Shown here: positions 7,459 through 7,951 of the stretch, piece by piece
How positions within the stretch are numbered: the stretch's first letter is position 1
Layout of the letters: the number at the start of each line of letters is the position of its first letter
From: Amoeboradix gromovi X-113
Taxonomy: Eukaryota; Fungi; Sanchytriomycota
Assembly: GCA_018985225.1 (NCBI GenBank)
Contig: JADGIF010000475.1
Span: 1 to 7,951, forward strand
DNA: 7,951 nt
Direction: 5' to 3'
The notes under the pieces: model-generated
The model's database searches: none
What the model saw: the letters and a program-made list of their open reading frames with translations, nothing else
What the model was told of the DNA's origin: nothing
Position numbers and translations under genes: made by a program

Positions 7459-7951
7459 CTGCTGGGGTAAAAGCGGTGATAAAAAGAAAAAGAGTTATTG
7501 AATTACGAGCAAAATATCATCGAATATAAAAGTTGCGAGTTTATAATATACAGGTGGGACATCAAATATAAAAACTGGACTAACTTTCTGTAAAAACTTG
7601 GAACATTATTTCAGCTTTATTACTTTATGGATTTAAGAGGCGAGTGGGCATTCAGCTAGTTGCGGAGTTGACGATTATAAAAGGAAAATAAATATTCTGT
7701 ACAGCTATTCTCTTACTCTTTCATCCAATCTTATTTCAAATAAAATATCACTATTACACTTCAAAGAAATAGAATAGACAAGAGTAATGATGTTAGTATA
7801 ACATTACAAAATGACTCTAGAAAAGAGTACCGCCTAACAAAATGCACCTTTTGCTTAGATGCTCAAAGACCTTATATATTTGAAAGAGATGTAGGGTCTT
7901 CTAGTTTTATTTTAAAAAGAGGAATACAATCAATGAAAGAAAATTGGTATA
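7459..7951 (+). mobile_element. Decayed Fanzor/TnpB-like nuclease fragment, right copy (runs off the right edge)
   Basis: 7752-7769 reads YYTSKK. After a deletion, the open frame 7774-7950 reads IDKSNDVSITLQNDSRKEYRLTKCTFCLDAQRPYIFERDVGSSSFILKRGIQSMKENWY, with CTFC at 7843-7854 and a RuvC-III-like RD at 7885-7890 (cf. consensus RDxNAAxNIL). Upstream ELRAKYHRI*KLRVYN...LLYGF is basic and Fanzor-like. Left boundary approximate. Confidence 0.68.
7555..7792. repeat. Right arm of window-spanning inverted repeat
   Basis: Reverse complement of 1-261 in four near-identical blocks separated by copy-specific indels. Confidence 0.97.

Noticed and set aside
6560-7470. ORFs 6560-6742 (-) and 7201-7470 (+)
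   Set aside because: Antisense to BET4 and the REC114-like gene, with non-ATG starts.
7780-7920. Gypsy integrase GPY/F-like reading (RPYIFERDVGSSSFILK)
   Set aside because: The same frame carries CTFC, and the merged copies give YTSKKCSVC, so the ordered TSK-CxxC-CxxC-RD pattern fits TnpB/Fanzor better.
1-7951. Stop-codon reassignment (TAA/TAG=Gln) to rescue broken ORFs
   Set aside because: Conserved genes end at sensible positions with TAG, TAA and TGA, and the broken regions also need frameshifts.

Overview
AT-rich eukaryotic DNA with no intron needed to read the intact genes, most consistent with a genome-reduced early-diverging fungus or opisthosporidian (inference). Intact genes are an ATG27/M6PR-like receptor (299-973) and an ultra-compact block (5096-7427): a possible SWIM/SWS1-like protein, U1-C, a rhodanese, RabGGTase alpha (BET4) and a REC114-like meiotic protein, spaced only 8-33 bp apart. 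Between them (~1000-5050) lie decayed sequences, including an IS607-type TnpA HTH fragment and a Crinkler-type P-loop NTPase pseudogene. Both window ends carry near-identical inverted copies (1-261 and 7555-7792) of a sequence missed by the ORF track. Combining the two differently deleted copies reconstructs the C-terminal YTSK-CxxC...CxxC...RD region of a Fanzor/TnpB-like RNA-guided nuclease. All family assignments come from motif recognition by eye; no searches were run.
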